Below are positions 23,901-37,527 of a stretch of DNA of 64,000 nucleotides, piece by piece. Positions within the stretch are counted from its first letter, which is position 1. Every line of letters starts with the position of its first letter. Source of the stretch: Azolla caroliniana. Its lineage: Eukaryota; Plantae; Polypodiophyta. A model generated the notes under the pieces. It was not told the DNA's origin. It made no database searches and worked only from the letters and a program-made list of their open reading frames with translations. Where the stretch lies: assembly GCA_043228905.1 (NCBI GenBank), contig JBHGNT010000007.1:21762001-21826000 (forward strand), read 5' to 3'. Made by a program: the position numbers and the translations under genes.

Positions 23901-26900
23901 GGATTTAAGGGTAGTGTAAGTGGGAAATCGGCTATCCTAGTACTTGGGATAACCTATAAGGACCTGAGGCATGTCATGTCTGGAAGCCTAAGGAGTTCCC
24001 CTATGTAAAGGAGAATAGCTACCCCCTTCAACATTGCATCTTAGAGACGTTGTAGAGACTTTATTTGCGAACAAGACCCAGTTAACGCCTTAAACACTCC
24101 GCCTGGAAGCGTCCACAACTGCTGGTGAGCGAGGACTGGCCCCTCGTTATTTTAAAGAGTTGTGATATCCTCAACCTTAATCCATTTCTTTTAATCTTTT
24201 AAGTAACTGCTCATTGATGGGGTTTTTGTGAGAAAAGCTGTTAATAGCAGCAGCAGAAGAGTTAGAACAAAACAGACATAGCCAAGCTGTGAGAAGGCTG
24301 TTAGACAGCAGTAGAAAAAATGGTTGCAAAGAGTAGAGACACAGCCAAAGAGTTGTGCTTGTTTGTAAGTAGCAACAGAAAATAATCTCATTACGAAAGA
24401 GGCTGGTATAGCCTATTTATACAAAATTGGAAATGGTTGTTTGGTAGTTAAGAGACTCTTGTACTACCAAACAGGTACAATAAACTAGGAATAAAAAGGG
24501 AATATTTTGGAAAAAGTGGAAGAGAGAAAAGGCATTTAAAGCATTGCAGATTCTAGAAAGAAAGAAAGATATATTAACGTCTTTTAAGAGGCCAAAATGG
24601 CCTATAAGACCAAATAAGAGATTACATCATAAGTGTTGTCTCGTCTTTGAGAACAAATCAAAATAAAATAAATATTACACAGTAAATATAAAAGTAAATA
24701 ACATGTAAAGAAAATTAATGAGGGAATCTAGAGAGAGAAGGCATTTAAAGAGTTGTAGATTCTAGAGAGAGAAGAATCTGGGAAAAGAGAGAATGTAGTA
24801 CAGAGATAATAAAGATGAAAGAGAATGCAGGTCTGGAGCTGCCACCCTCCAACAGTTTTGTATGTCTCTTGTCCTTTGCTTCTTGCTGGTTGGTGTGGTT
24901 AAACACCCTTAATCCATTATTTTCTTTACTCTTTTAATTAATTGTTCATAATAGTTAACAAGGCTGCGACCTGGTATGGGAAGCTTCTGGCAGCTGATGT
25001 CATGTATGCTCAAATTTTCCCAACTGTAGACGAGGAATATGAGCATTGTTTAATTTCCTTGGCTCAAAAAGTTGGCAATCACAATCATGTTATTAGGCTT
25101 CTAACAACATTAACTTGGGGAGCTCTGCCCTAGTTTTCAGAAAGCATTCCACCTTATAAAACTCCACTGTGAATAGTCTTCTATGTAAGAGACGAAAGGG
25201 TCCATTGTGTTAGTGTCGTGATAGAGTGGCTTACAGAGAATTAGAAAACAGAGGAGCTGAATCATAGGTTAGCAAGTTTAATAATCTAGTAGTGCTAGTA
25301 ATTAGCTGCTCAACCATGGAGAACATGGAATTCTTTGAGGATTATTCACAATAATGATGAGCGAATTATATCTTGTTTTCTATATTTCTTCTTTTGGAGG
25401 ATTGTCCCCATCTAAACATGACCAAAGAGGAAAAGAATAGAATGATCCGAACTGATATTATTTACTTTGAAAACAACATCACATAGATCAGCCCCCAGAT
25501 ATCACTTCGTAAGAAGATAGCCCACTATTAGACAAAATTTACAGACATCAAAGGATGGATTCATCACTGTGGCATCTTATATGGACATACATCTATCCTA
25601 TGTGTTGGGCAGTGTGATAGGGAAGCTACAAACATCTTCCCATCAGTTAAGAGATAGAGGTCGGCAGATTTGCACGAATACCTCTAGAAGGAAGAATTTG
25701 CTCATCATGTCATCAGAGAGTGGAATCTGAAGAGCACTATGTTTGTCACTGTAGTGTTTTTTATGAAATAAAAGGGAGATACCATTGCCTCTTTAAGCAA
25801 GGATTGGCCCACTATGCAAGGTAATGGAATCCTGATGATCAACGGTGCTTGGGGCTTTTCTTCCTAGAACTCATGAGACACAGGGAAATGTTGTTCAAGG
25901 ACAACAGAACCACTACACAAGCTCATCAACAAACAAAAATCAAAACTTTCATTAGCCCCATCACTCCTCATGCAACAAGTACTCGATCACGGGCTATATA
26001 AGTGGGCTCTCCACCAGGTTATAGAAAAGGTTTACAATAGATCAGGCAACAACAATATGCTATGCACCTAGGCCCCAGCCTCATGGACTACAATCTCATC
26101 AACCTTATCATCGACAGATAAAGGCCATTATCTGCTGCGACACAAGTGCTTCCCTTGGAGACCTATCCGTTCTGGATCAAACTATGCTAGAGATCTTTCA
26201 AAGACAAAATTTGACAGCGTTGCATGTGCCAATAACAATAATTTTTAGTCACTTTTTATCTTTACTTTTTTACTCAGAAGACTTATTTTGGTTTGTTGTT
26301 CTCAAGGACAAGACAAGACTTAAGATGTAATCTCTTGTTTGGTCTTATTGGCCATTTTGGCCTCTTAAAAGAAGTTAATATATCTTTCTTTCTTCTTTCT
26401 CTAAAAGATCTTTTTTAATCATTTGTTAGTCATTTGCAGTTCTCAATAATAGAAAAACTCTGTTATTATGGAATTCATGAAATTTAAGATGTGAACAAAC
26501 AGAGGCTTAAAGCACTGAAAATTTGCACTCTAAAACTCAAGGTATCAGGAATTACTTCAGTGATAACTACGAAAGCTATAATGGATCATCAAAAATGCCA
26601 AAGGCTCAATAAGGTTGACATTTATCGCATTCACACAAACATGCTGATTGTTAGCAAGAACTAATTCTTTTCGTAATGTACAATGTAACTTACACATGAT
26701 TTGTATTTATCTCGTTCAAGACTAACTTCAGCAACAAGAACATTGCTTCCTTCAAAAGACCTGCCATAACACAAGAGGTAAGAAGCCAATAACGGGTAGC
26801 TAGTTGTTGAAACTTGAAAAGAATGTTACTGTTCCCAATCTCTCTCGAGCTTATTCAAACACACAGATTGGATAAGATCTCTACATTTAGAGACATTTCA

Positions 26901-29900
26901 CAAGCAAAACTAATTTGCAAAGGGAGATTCTAATTTAGAAGCAGAAATTTTGAAGTTTTGTATTTGGAAGACTTTGCTACTCAATATGCTTCGAACCATC
27001 ACTTCCTTTCTTAGGTAATTTTGTATCCCACATTTGGATTTAATAAATATAAATTCCTTCATCTCAAGGATGAAAAAAATAATAATCTCACTTGCTGAGA
27101 GTGTGGAGCTGCTTCTCATAATCGTCCAACTTCACTAATTCTGCCTGCCTCGCATTCTCTTTATCATCTAAAGAGTACTTGAGATCCTGAGATAACAAAT
27201 TGTACCCAACATGGCACTCATACCTTATAGCTAATCAATACTCTACGAATTGATTGTTATTTCTCATTAAAAATACCAATTTTCCTACCTGCATGTGAGA
27301 TTTCAGGGTTTTATTCTCTTGCTCCAGTTTTCTATATTTCTTATTTTGGTGGGTAAGCTGCAAATGCCAACAAGATTTTTGACATGAACTTTAAATACCA
27401 CTATTTCTAAACAAGAAGCAAATAAAATACTGGACTTAATTATTTAAGGCTATAGGATAATCATGACCACAATTGTTAATAAATGCACTTTCGTGGTATT
27501 TATAAACAGTATTTGCTACCTTTCTTAAGCCAGCCACCTTTAGGGGAATGTTAGGCGGAACAATCAAGTTAAGGTGTGCCTCAAGATGGTACGGATGATA
27601 GATAGATGGACGTTTAACCAGTAATTTACAAGAGTTACCTCCTTTTCCAAATCTCCAACCGTTGACTGAAGCTCCAATTTTTCTTTTTGAAGTCTTTGCA
27701 CATCTTGCTCCAGCTGAAGAGTCCTTTGATGGAAGTTTGGATCCACCAATGTCTAGTGCACATAAAGGGAAGTATAGTTAGAAGCATATATGCATAGAGC
27801 TGATGCCACTGTCAAAAGATATGTGACTTGATGTCCATTATTGTAAATCTGTGTATTATGCACCAAAATCTTGCATTTCAATAATCCAGGGAGAACAATC
27901 AGTGTATTTTGTGTCTATGAGCATGAATATGAATTGGGCTATAAACAACTATTCGTTGAACAAAAAATGACATTTATCCTTACACAAATTTGGAGGAAAT
28001 TTTCTGGTTAACAACCCTCGTTTAACACTGGAACATCTTATACCTTATAAAATGGAGAAATATAAATGGTATGCTACAAATTTCTTTAGATTGAAAAGGC
28101 ATAATCCATCTCTCATTTCCAATGCAAGAACTAAGGTGCACTCTCTATATCTAGTCCCCATCATCCATCGAATATGGTTATGATAATTGTCTTCATCAAT
28201 ACTAATTTATTGCATCAACACTTTGTGTGTCATTGAACATACTTAGCTTTTCCTTTGAAAACAATCACAGCTAACTAAAATGTATAATTGGTTATTACCA
28301 GTCACCGATACACTCACATGAAAAACACATTATGGAGTATACAGCAGAATATGAATTGAAAGCAGGGATGATTCTAAACTGTATGGTTAAGAAGTTTTTC
28401 TCGACTCTTGTGACAACAGATTACTGGGCAGACATGTCACTCTACAACATTGACTCCATTCCAAATTCCCCGATGACAATGTAGAAAACTTCCAGATGAT
28501 ATCAATTCAACACATACAAGGATGAGTGCTATCTTGGAAAATCTGGAAATGGGTTTTTTTATCTTTGGTCTCATACTTATTACAAGCACAGTGGACCATT
28601 CATATATGAAACATGCTTGTATAGTTGTTGGAAGGCAAGAAATAATGTATGTTCTAACTTCCTCTTTTGAGCCCTTCAAGGCCTACTTGATTCATGGAAT
28701 TACAAAAATATTATAGAAAAATATTTAATTTCTTTTTCTGTAACCTACACAAGTTTCTCTGCATGGTGCAGATTATTTGAATTTCAATGGAAGGTAATAT
28801 TTCAAAATCACCTTCTCCTTGATGGTTTCTTTTAAGGATTCCATCGATTGCTTTAAAGACTTCACTTCCTTTTGATAGAGTTCCTTCTCCTGTAGAAACA
28901 TTGCCATTGACCTATCTTCAACTGATAACACAGTCATTGCTTGAGGCCATGAATTCTTTCTTATGGGTTCAGTTGATCTCGATTCCGGTGTTGAGAGATT
29001 CTCACGACAGCCAAGAACCTCTTGTTTTGATTGCAATTTTGTAGCAGCTAATAACAGTGAATAACTAATTTGTCAGAAAATATAACCTTGAAAACCACAT
29101 CAGAAAGACAAAGTATCATGTAGATTGCAGGGAAAAACTCAAAACATATCAAATTGATCTATCTCTGTCTCTAATAAGTATGTCCTGCGGATAAGTCAAC
29201 TTATAACTTGGGCAGTCGTATGCCAAGGGACACTACCGAGTCCTGAGAGTTTGCCTTCCTCTTGGTGGGCTAACAGAGGGATTGGGGGTGTCACTCCCCA
29301 ATGGCAAAGATCACGTCATACTTCAACACACACTCAATGGAACCATGGACATCTCAAGGGCGTCATAACTTAAACTAATATTAACACACTTAATCACTAC
29401 ATCAAGTAAGAAATACGTCGTTTTAATTAAATAGGTAATTATTAGATAAAAAACATATGAGGTGTCTCATTGAATAGATAATTGCAAAGTAAAAATCATG
29501 TATATGTCAATTATTTAGTGTGGAAAAGCTACATGGAGGAAAGTGAACCTTGGTGGATGCAAAGAGGAGAGAATGAGGACCAAAAGTTAGCCCCAAAGCT
29601 TGGGCACCAGAGGGTCACTTTTACATGAGAACCCTTTCCTTTTTATACAAGTGAGAGACGCTAAAGGGTCCCTATCACATTGTCAGCCCATTGGCCGTTT
29701 AGCCTCTACCACCTAATAAAGGGTAGTTCCACACAAATTACAATATGAAAATACATTTTGTATGCATTGATCATATGACCAATATTCTAGATTGGAAATA
29801 TTACGGGTCATAGGGACATTAAAACCACAGGATATGAAATTATTTCCCTTGACAAGTGTTACATATATTTTTAGCAATCAACAACGTAGGGTGTAAGGAT

Positions 29901-32900
29901 ATAAGACCCTTGGACATCCAAGACATCAATGTGAAGGTACATGCCACAGTCAAAGAGTAGTTAAAAGGAATGCCAAAAACACTTTTTTCTAGCTCCTTAA
30001 GCTAGTTTATCTAGTGTGAACTGTGATTATTACTATAACCTATATTTTGGCGAAGGACGACAGACTTAACTTCTTTTTGTTAAAGGTGACATACAGAAAA
30101 TCTGGCCTTCGCCTGCTCAATAAACAGACTCAAAATTATATGGACGATGTAGTGAATCAAAGGAAAAGATCGTCCTATCAGATCTAATTTTGCAGCGGGC
30201 AATAGGCTTAAAACCTACCAGATTTTGGGAAGTCTATTTTCTGCTTTGCAGGCAGTTTGAGAATTTTAGTGCTTTTCCATCCATCATCTTCTCGTTCTTC
30301 AACTTCTTTATTGTCATTCTCCTGAATAATATCTGCAATTGCAGTGACAGATTTTTTGGCCAAGGGTTGGCTCCTTACTTCTAATTCTGCCAAAAAACAA
30401 TGCACATCCAAGTATATAAGAAAAATAATAATGGAATGCTAATCATCATCAATACAGAATATTGAAAATATAATTTTGTGGAATAACCTGGGATTTTTGG
30501 AAATTTTCGCAGCACAAACATGTCAGCAAATGTAAGACCTGGAAATATCCCACAGAAAAATATATATCAAACTTTGTAACTGTATCTGTTATCAGATGTA
30601 CCATTGTCAAGACGCTTTTACACCTACCTTCACCGCCATAACCACCAAACATATACAATTCTTGGGCCTTGGCTACGAGACTATGAGCTGAACGACCAGA
30701 TAAAGTGTCATATTCTAGCGATCTTTTCCTTGGTGTTTTTTTTAAGACTGTTGGATGTTCTGATTGCTCAATCATATGCCAGCTCAACTCTAGATCTGAG
30801 ATATTGCAGGGAACCAATGGAACCTACATAGTAGTTGAAGAGCTCAATATTTTCAAGAATCCGTAGTTGGTAATTTTAGTAATTATTTAATGGTGAGCAT
30901 TAAATAACTATTACAAAGGAGGAATATTTGTTCTCTGGAAAAAGGCAAATAAAGCATGAAAAACAAGGCCTCAAAGTACTCCTTAACCCATTTGTCCTTG
31001 ACAATGACTGAGTTTCCCATGCCTAAAAAAATGGCTGCCTATCTAAATTTATCAATCCAATAGTGTAATAGAACTATTTGAGCCACATTTAGCAAAGAAA
31101 ATATATTTACTTACAAAAACAAAAACAAAAGAAAAAGATTCTTCAAATAGACAATATTCTGTAAACTAAACACCAAGTCCCACAAAATATGTCTCATCCT
31201 TGAAATACAATTAGATAATGTGCACTATGCATGGTTCTCATACCAAAGTGAACCTTGTATTGGGAACCTAAAAGACCAACTATAAGCATTGTCCAGAACA
31301 AAAACTTCTGTTTTGAAAATAGATGCACAAAATGCTTTCTTAGCATAAAGAGAGAGAAAGATATATTAACATCTTTTTAAGAAATGAGATTAATCTCAAC
31401 ATTACAAGTTCTGAATAAATGAGTGTGCATATTAGAATACACAAAAGACCACCTTCTGGGATTCAGGCTCAATACTTGCCCCATTGAGGTTTCATGGATT
31501 CAAATCCTAGATACTTTCCTCCCATATGCTCATTGGATGTGACGAATTGGAAAGGCAAAAATGAACCCGCTTACCAATATAAAGCTCCAATCCATCATTT
31601 TGACTAGGGTTTCCATGAAGGCACAAAGATAATGAGTTCAAGTTGAACCATCGAGTTATTGGGAGACCTAGTTACTCAAGAAAGATAGGTTAGCAAGAGG
31701 AAATTCCATCTTTAAAAAAAGCTGGGCAGGCAATAGCAGCAAAAGGTTAGTATCCCTCTAAGATGAAACCTTCCAAATTTGTACAACCATAAAGCCAAGA
31801 TTAGCATGGAAGAGGGGATGTGTAGAAAGAATGCTCACAAAATAAGGTCATAGAAGAATTTACCTCTCTCAGATGAAGGGAAGTATTAAAGAAGTAGAGA
31901 AACCGAGAGGAAGGCACATCTAAACTACCTCTCATAGAAATACTTGCTAGCAAGGGGAAACTGGAACCCGCAAATAAGATCTCCATGAAAAATACAAGTA
32001 GCCTACTGCTCCATATGTGCATTATCATTTGTAACTTTGAAGTGTCAACTGAGCATGAATTTTAGAAAAGTAGTAAATTTATAATGTGTATCCCTCTCAA
32101 CCTCCCCTGTGATATAACACAGAAAACACTTTCTATCTAAAATACTCTTTGGATACCATCAGATAATAACCTTTTGCATACATACTGGTACCTGTAAGAC
32201 ATAAGTATCACTTAACCGTAGTGATCCATGCCGTCCACCATGAATTACAATAAGCCCATCACCCATCAGAACTGCAGCATGATTAGAACGAGGACAAGGA
32301 GGCTGTCCTCTCACAGCTATCATGTTCCATCTGTTTGTTAGCGCATCATAAATACTGCAAAAGGAAGTTACTTCACATAACTTCCTAATAATGTCTTCTT
32401 CCAGCGAAGTTGGAGTGACACATTACCTTAATTTTTCCTCATTTATAATACCTCCCTCAGCTTTACCACCAAAAAGAGCAATGTAACTGCCAAATGCTGT
32501 GAAGGTGTGATAACCCCTTCCCTTTGGTTTGGCACCTTCTGGCATCAGATCTTGCCATTCAAGTGTGTCTGAATCCAAATCCCAAAACATATAGCAGGTG
32601 TTTGTAAAGAGAAAATAATTAGAAAAGGGATAAAATAATAGAAGTTACCTGTATGAAATATCAGAAGATCAGAAAGCCAGCTTGGTTTGGATCCCCCATA
32701 GCCTCCATATATCAATATTGAACGTTTGTGTTTAGGATGTAAAACTGCTGCATGTGTTCCTCGAGATGTCATGGAGCTATTCGATAAGATTGGACAGGAC
32801 CACTATAAAACTAGAAAACCATATAAAGCATTCCAACTGGAATAACGCAAGCATTTGTCTATAACAAAAAATGCATGAAAAATACCTTCAAGGACACAGT

Positions 32901-35246
32901 GTTGAATACATGTACATCAGAGTGCATCATTTTTGGATCACTACCTCCTATGACCCATAACTCATTTTCATTGACAAGGGTGCACGAGTGGTATGCCCGG
33001 GGAGAAAATGGCACTTTAGCTTGCAAAAGATCCCACTGTTCTATTTCAGTATCAAACACCCATAGATCATTGAAGAATTCGTTGCCATTGCGACCACCCA
33101 AGATATATATGTGTTTCCCAACAAGAGTAGCCGTATGACCAGCTCTTCCTCTCAAATTACGATGTCCTGACAGGACAGAAAGAAAGAAAGAAAGATATAT
33201 TAACATCTTTTAAGAGGCCAAAATGGCCTATAAGACCAAACAAAAGATTACACCTGAAGTGTTTTCTTGTCTTCGAGAATAACAAATCAAAATAAAATAA
33301 ATATTACTCAGTAAATATAAAAGCAAATAAGATAAAATGAGACAAAGGAATCTGGTTTTCGGCACATGTGACATTCTCAAGTTACATGTAGTGTAACTTT
33401 TGTCTCCGAAAGATCTCTAACATAGGTCGATCCAGAATGGAGAGGTCTCCAACGCAAGGGAAGCACCTGCGATGGCGGGAGATAATGGCCTTTATCTATC
33501 GATGACAAGGGTTCTGAGGACATGGTCCATAGGGACGGGGCCTACATGCACAACAAATTGCTATTGCCCGATCTATTGCAACCCCTTTGTTATGTCCTGG
33601 TCGGGAGCCCATTTGTGTATTCCTTGATTGACTTGTAGCACTAGCTCTTTGTGGATGAGCTTGTGTGATTGTATTATTGTCCTTCAACAACTTTTCCCTA
33701 TGTCTCTTGAGTTCTAGCAAGAAAAGTCCTAGGCACTGTTGGTTCTCATATTCCATTACCTTGCACAGCGGGCCAAAGCCTTGTTTAAAGAAGCAATGGT
33801 ATCTCCCTCTGATTTCATTAAAGACACTACAGTGACAAACATAGTGTTCTTCAGATTCCACGCCTTGATGACACAATTGGGAAATTCTTTCTTCTAGGGG
33901 TATTCGTGTACATCTGCATACCTCAATCTCTAGCTGATGTGAGGAAGTTCGCAGCTGCCCTATACATTGCGCAACTCATGGATAGATGTATGTCCGTAGA
34001 GAAAGAAGCATATGACTTCATGAAAACTCCTATTGGAACTGGAAAAACCCTTTCTTTCTATCTTTGCTTCAAAGGTATTCTAAAATATGCACACATTGAC
34101 TTCTTGATTACAAAGCTTACTACTTAGGTTTGTGGTTAGAACTTTTTTCTGAGACAAATGGAATGTTATATTCATATAAATTTGATGCCAAAATTGATTT
34201 ACATGGTACCAGAGTGTGAGGGTTAGATCCTTCACCGAGCTCTACCATTGAAACTGTGGGAGCAGTTAGAGACATCGTTTCAAACTAGCTATCATCACTA
34301 AAGTGTTGCACGACAAGAGGAACATAGAATCAAGCTAACTCAGAAAGATGAATGCACATATGGGTAGCACAATTCCAACAGAGAAGTTGGACAGGCACAA
34401 CTATGCATCTTGGTTGTACAAGATGCACCAGTACCTAGCAGGGAAGGGGTATTGAAGTTATATCACGGGGGAGTTCAAGAAACAGCCCCCGATCTTATAA
34501 ACCCCAGCTACCCCACATGGCAGCAAGGCGCCAGCCGGGTAATGTACTGCTGGATGATGGAACTGGAACCAATGGTTTACACCAATTCCAAGCTACTATT
34601 ACAGACCTGCTACACATGCATCAAGAGATGTTGAAAGAGAAAGAAGAGCAACTCATCGAAAAAACACACATTGCCAACTTGCTAATGGAGGAACTTGAGC
34701 AACTACCACAGATGGTTACTAGCACAAGAATGACCCAACAAACCGTGTTATAATAATACAATGTTTGTGTGTGAGAAGGGTAAATACATATTTTTCTACA
34801 TATTATATGTGTGTGAGATATATGTATGTGTGTCCGGACCCACATACATGCATATGCAAGTATACTAAGCACGCATGCACGTATGAATGTCTGTATATAC
34901 ATATGCATGTATGCACGTACATATATATGTATGTATATGTATCTATGGCTGAATGTGCACATGCATATACATACATACATACATATACATATACCAGATG
35001 AATGAGTGCTCCTACTCATGAAATGCAACGACTTAAACCAAAGAACATTTTCTTTTATTTTCTTTTCGAAATTTAGGAGACAATTCTCCTAACAAGAAAA
35101 AACAGAATCACTACGTTTGAAGCGGTGGTGAAGGGGATTTAAGCTAAACAAAACAAAGATAAAATAGAGATGAAGAAGAAGAAGAAGAAGAAGAAGAAGA
35201 AAATATTACCTGCCACCAGTTGCCACTTGAGCTTTCTCTTATGCAT
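20981..35246 (-). CDS. Kelch-repeat beta-propeller protein with long C-terminal coiled coil (RABEPK/Tea1/ACBP4-5-like architecture), roughly 19-20 exons
   Basis: Kelch exons: 35246-35210, 33166-32886 (GRAGHTATLVG..ILGG), 32802-32649, 32568-32427 (GRGYHT), 32354-32192 (PRSNHAA), 30823-30628 (GRSAHS), 30538-30488, and from 30386. Coiled-coil exons near 29.0, 27.7, 27.3, 26.7, 23.5, 23.0, 22.9, 22.3, 22.2, 22.0 and 21.2 kb. The last exon ends ..LSCPYQ* at 20981. The start codon is tentative. Confidence 0.85.
25170..26400 (+). mobile_element. 5'-truncated degenerate RTE/RTEX-type LINE in a Kelch-gene intron
   Basis: Degenerate ORF2 C-terminus (SHQL.IEVGRFARIPLE.RIC..C..VESEEHYVCHC), 3' UTR with GGCCATTTTGGCC hairpin and (TTTC)n tail; homologous to 33185-33999. 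Confidence 0.8.
29181..29818. mobile_element. Possible solo-LTR-like insertion in a Kelch-gene intron
   Basis: TGTCC...GGACA inverted termini and LTR-like composition; no matching TSD found. Confidence 0.3.
33185..33999 (-). mobile_element. 5'-truncated RTE/RTEX-type LINE inserted next to the Kelch exon-2 acceptor
   Basis: ORF 33496-33876 (CHQGVESEEHYVCHC..CLGLFLLE), hairpin at 33215-33229, (TTTC)n tail, candidate 8-bp TSD AGAAAGAA at 33177-33184 and 34000-34007. Confidence 0.85.
34204..34753 (+). mobile_element. Degenerate LTR-retrotransposon remnant (PBS + gag-like fragment)
   Basis: ..ACA|TGGTACCAGAG resembles an LTR end plus tRNA-iMet PBS; short coiled-coil-like ORF fragment downstream. 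Confidence 0.4.
34765..34995. repeat. (TATG/CATA/TA)n low-complexity tract
   Basis: Seen directly. Confidence 0.85.
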
Positions 35247-37248
35247 TTTCTTGCCTTTCTGATTCTGCAATGAGGCAGAAGGTACATGACGCGTACAGAG
35301 CTCCTCCGAATCCTTACTCTCATATGTATATATTACATACACATGAACATATAGCTCCTTCTCACACAATACTCAGAGCTTCTATAAGCAGCCATTCCTG
35401 ACCAGTTTTGGGTATTCCCCAAAATACCCCTGAGTTTCCATATATTTACCAGATATACCCCTCCATATCACAAAAATGCTTTTCTTTCAACCAAATTTTG
35501 ACCTAAAACATTTGGGTTTTTGCCAAAGTATCCCACGAATCTACAAAACTAAAAGGAATTTTTCCCGCACCCTCTTATAGCACCGGGTTTTTGTGACATT
35601 CATGATGGTGGTTTTCGAACTGAAGTTGTTGGGCAGTATGAATGTTTGACATTGCGTCACGAACATCATACAATGGGAAAAATCTGGTGTGTGCCGCTCC
35701 ATTATGCATCTCTAATTTGCAACCGTGCTAATCTCGATCACAAAAGGCTTCGACACAAAGTGAATAGCTAGCTACGAGAGAAAATAATTAGTTGTCGATC
35801 TTAAACTATAATTACAAACATAATGCCCACATCGTTGGTCAAGAATGAAAACCATGGCCTTTTATGTTGCGAAACATTAGAGTTACCATACAGTCGTCAT
35901 GTATGAATCATTTATTGATATCAAGAGTATCATATATGCAATCAATAAAAAGACAATGTGTCCTTATGGTGCTTTCCAAAATGATTGAACAAATGAAGTT
36001 TTCTTCTTCGTCTTCTTAATATTTCCTAGTATTTGGAAGGCATGTCAACATTTTGAAACCATAGTTATCTTGGTAAAACAACATACTTCAATATATTGAG
36101 AAGAACTATCAATTGTTGGCATAGGACAAACTTTTTGGGCACTTGATGGCTTTGAAGAACCAAACATTTCACATATATGGTTGTTATAATAAATAATAAT
36201 GACCTCTAAAACACCATGAGGGTCTACATTCATGGGAAAGAGGTTCTAACTTCTTATCTGAATTCATTAGAGAATATGTTAACCGATGTCATTGACACAA
36301 TATATCAATTGGGTGTCTTTTGTCGCCGTGTCTTGTTGGATCACACTACTCCATTCACTCTTAACACTATGTTATATGCATGTGCATGATCAAAGTGGCT
36401 AACACAAATACAACAAAACAAACACACTCACCACAAGGCATGACAACGATTACATTAGCAAAGAGATTATATACTATCAATTTGTTTTAGAAGCAATACA
36501 AATGGACTTGCGTACAATGCACTTGTAAGTATATCTTGCCATATTCACCATATTGTGACTAGGAACAATGGTGTGTCCTCACAATACTATTACCTTATTG
36601 AAGCATCTAGAACTAGGCATGGGATTGGGTGGAAGGTATTCGCATTAGAAGTTGATCCTCATCTTCATTTAGCTAAATTTCAATGGTTTTACCAAGATAA
36701 AGGTTACATGTTTAATTGCACATCCTCGTTTTTGCGCGCTTAATTATTGGCTTAGTATCATGGGTTGGCATTGTCATGCATGAATGAAGACAACAAAAGA
36801 AGTGTATAGTTTAGAAGATTGCAAGCATGGGAGGCTGGAAGAGGTACGGAACTGAAATCATGTTTTGTCATTACAAAAGATATAAATGGTATTTTTTAAC
36901 TGAGCACATCGACGAAGCAACCCCCCCCCCCCCCCCCCCCCCTTTCATTCATGCGAAATTCCCGAAATACACCCTCTCCAATCGTCGTACCTCTAGACCC
37001 CTCGTGTTGAAGTCACATCAGTTTCATGTTTTGTGTATGCCTCTATATCCAACTCCTTGAGCTCTCCATCATTTTGCATTACACTCAAGAGACTAGGGGG
37101 GGTCATGGGTTCAACCCCTACATTCCACAATGGCATATAATGAGTTAAGAAAATACATATGGAGTAATAATTGAGAGGTGAGGGAATTGGGTTTCGAACC
37201 CAAGATGTGGTGCCATTAGTTCAAAAACTTACCACTAAGGTAAGCTAA

Positions 37249-37250
<2 letters not shown>

Positions 37251-37292
<42 letters not shown>
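37251..37292 (+). repeat. (GA)n microsatellite upstream of TRAPPC2L
   Basis: Seen directly; preceded by the same AACTTACCACTAAGGTAAGC(T/A)AATTAAG block as at 7571-7600. Confidence 0.95.
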
Positions 37293-37296
<4 letters not shown>

Positions 37297-37527
37297 CCGG
37301 AGTTTCAAACTACATACGTTCAGGAAATGAAGAAAAAGTGCAGGGGCATATTTGGGAAATAAAGAGAAAGTGCAGGGGTATTTCGGGAAATAAAGGAAAA
37401 GCGCAGGAAAGCACGATGAAGAAACCATTTTGTTGCGTTTCTTCTGATTTCTCTCTGTTCTTCTTTTCGATTCCTCTCTGCTCACGAGACACAATCGGAG
37501 CGACATATCACGACACAGGAACAGAAT

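Noticed and set aside
23790-24430. LTR/PBS-like remnant in a Kelch-gene intron
   Set aside because: TG..CA and a PBS-like motif are too degenerate, with no TSD or coding support.
31453-31506. Additional Kelch-gene exon (AG..GT bounded, one open frame)
   Set aside because: Its phase does not fit the flanking phase-0 junction 32192/30823.
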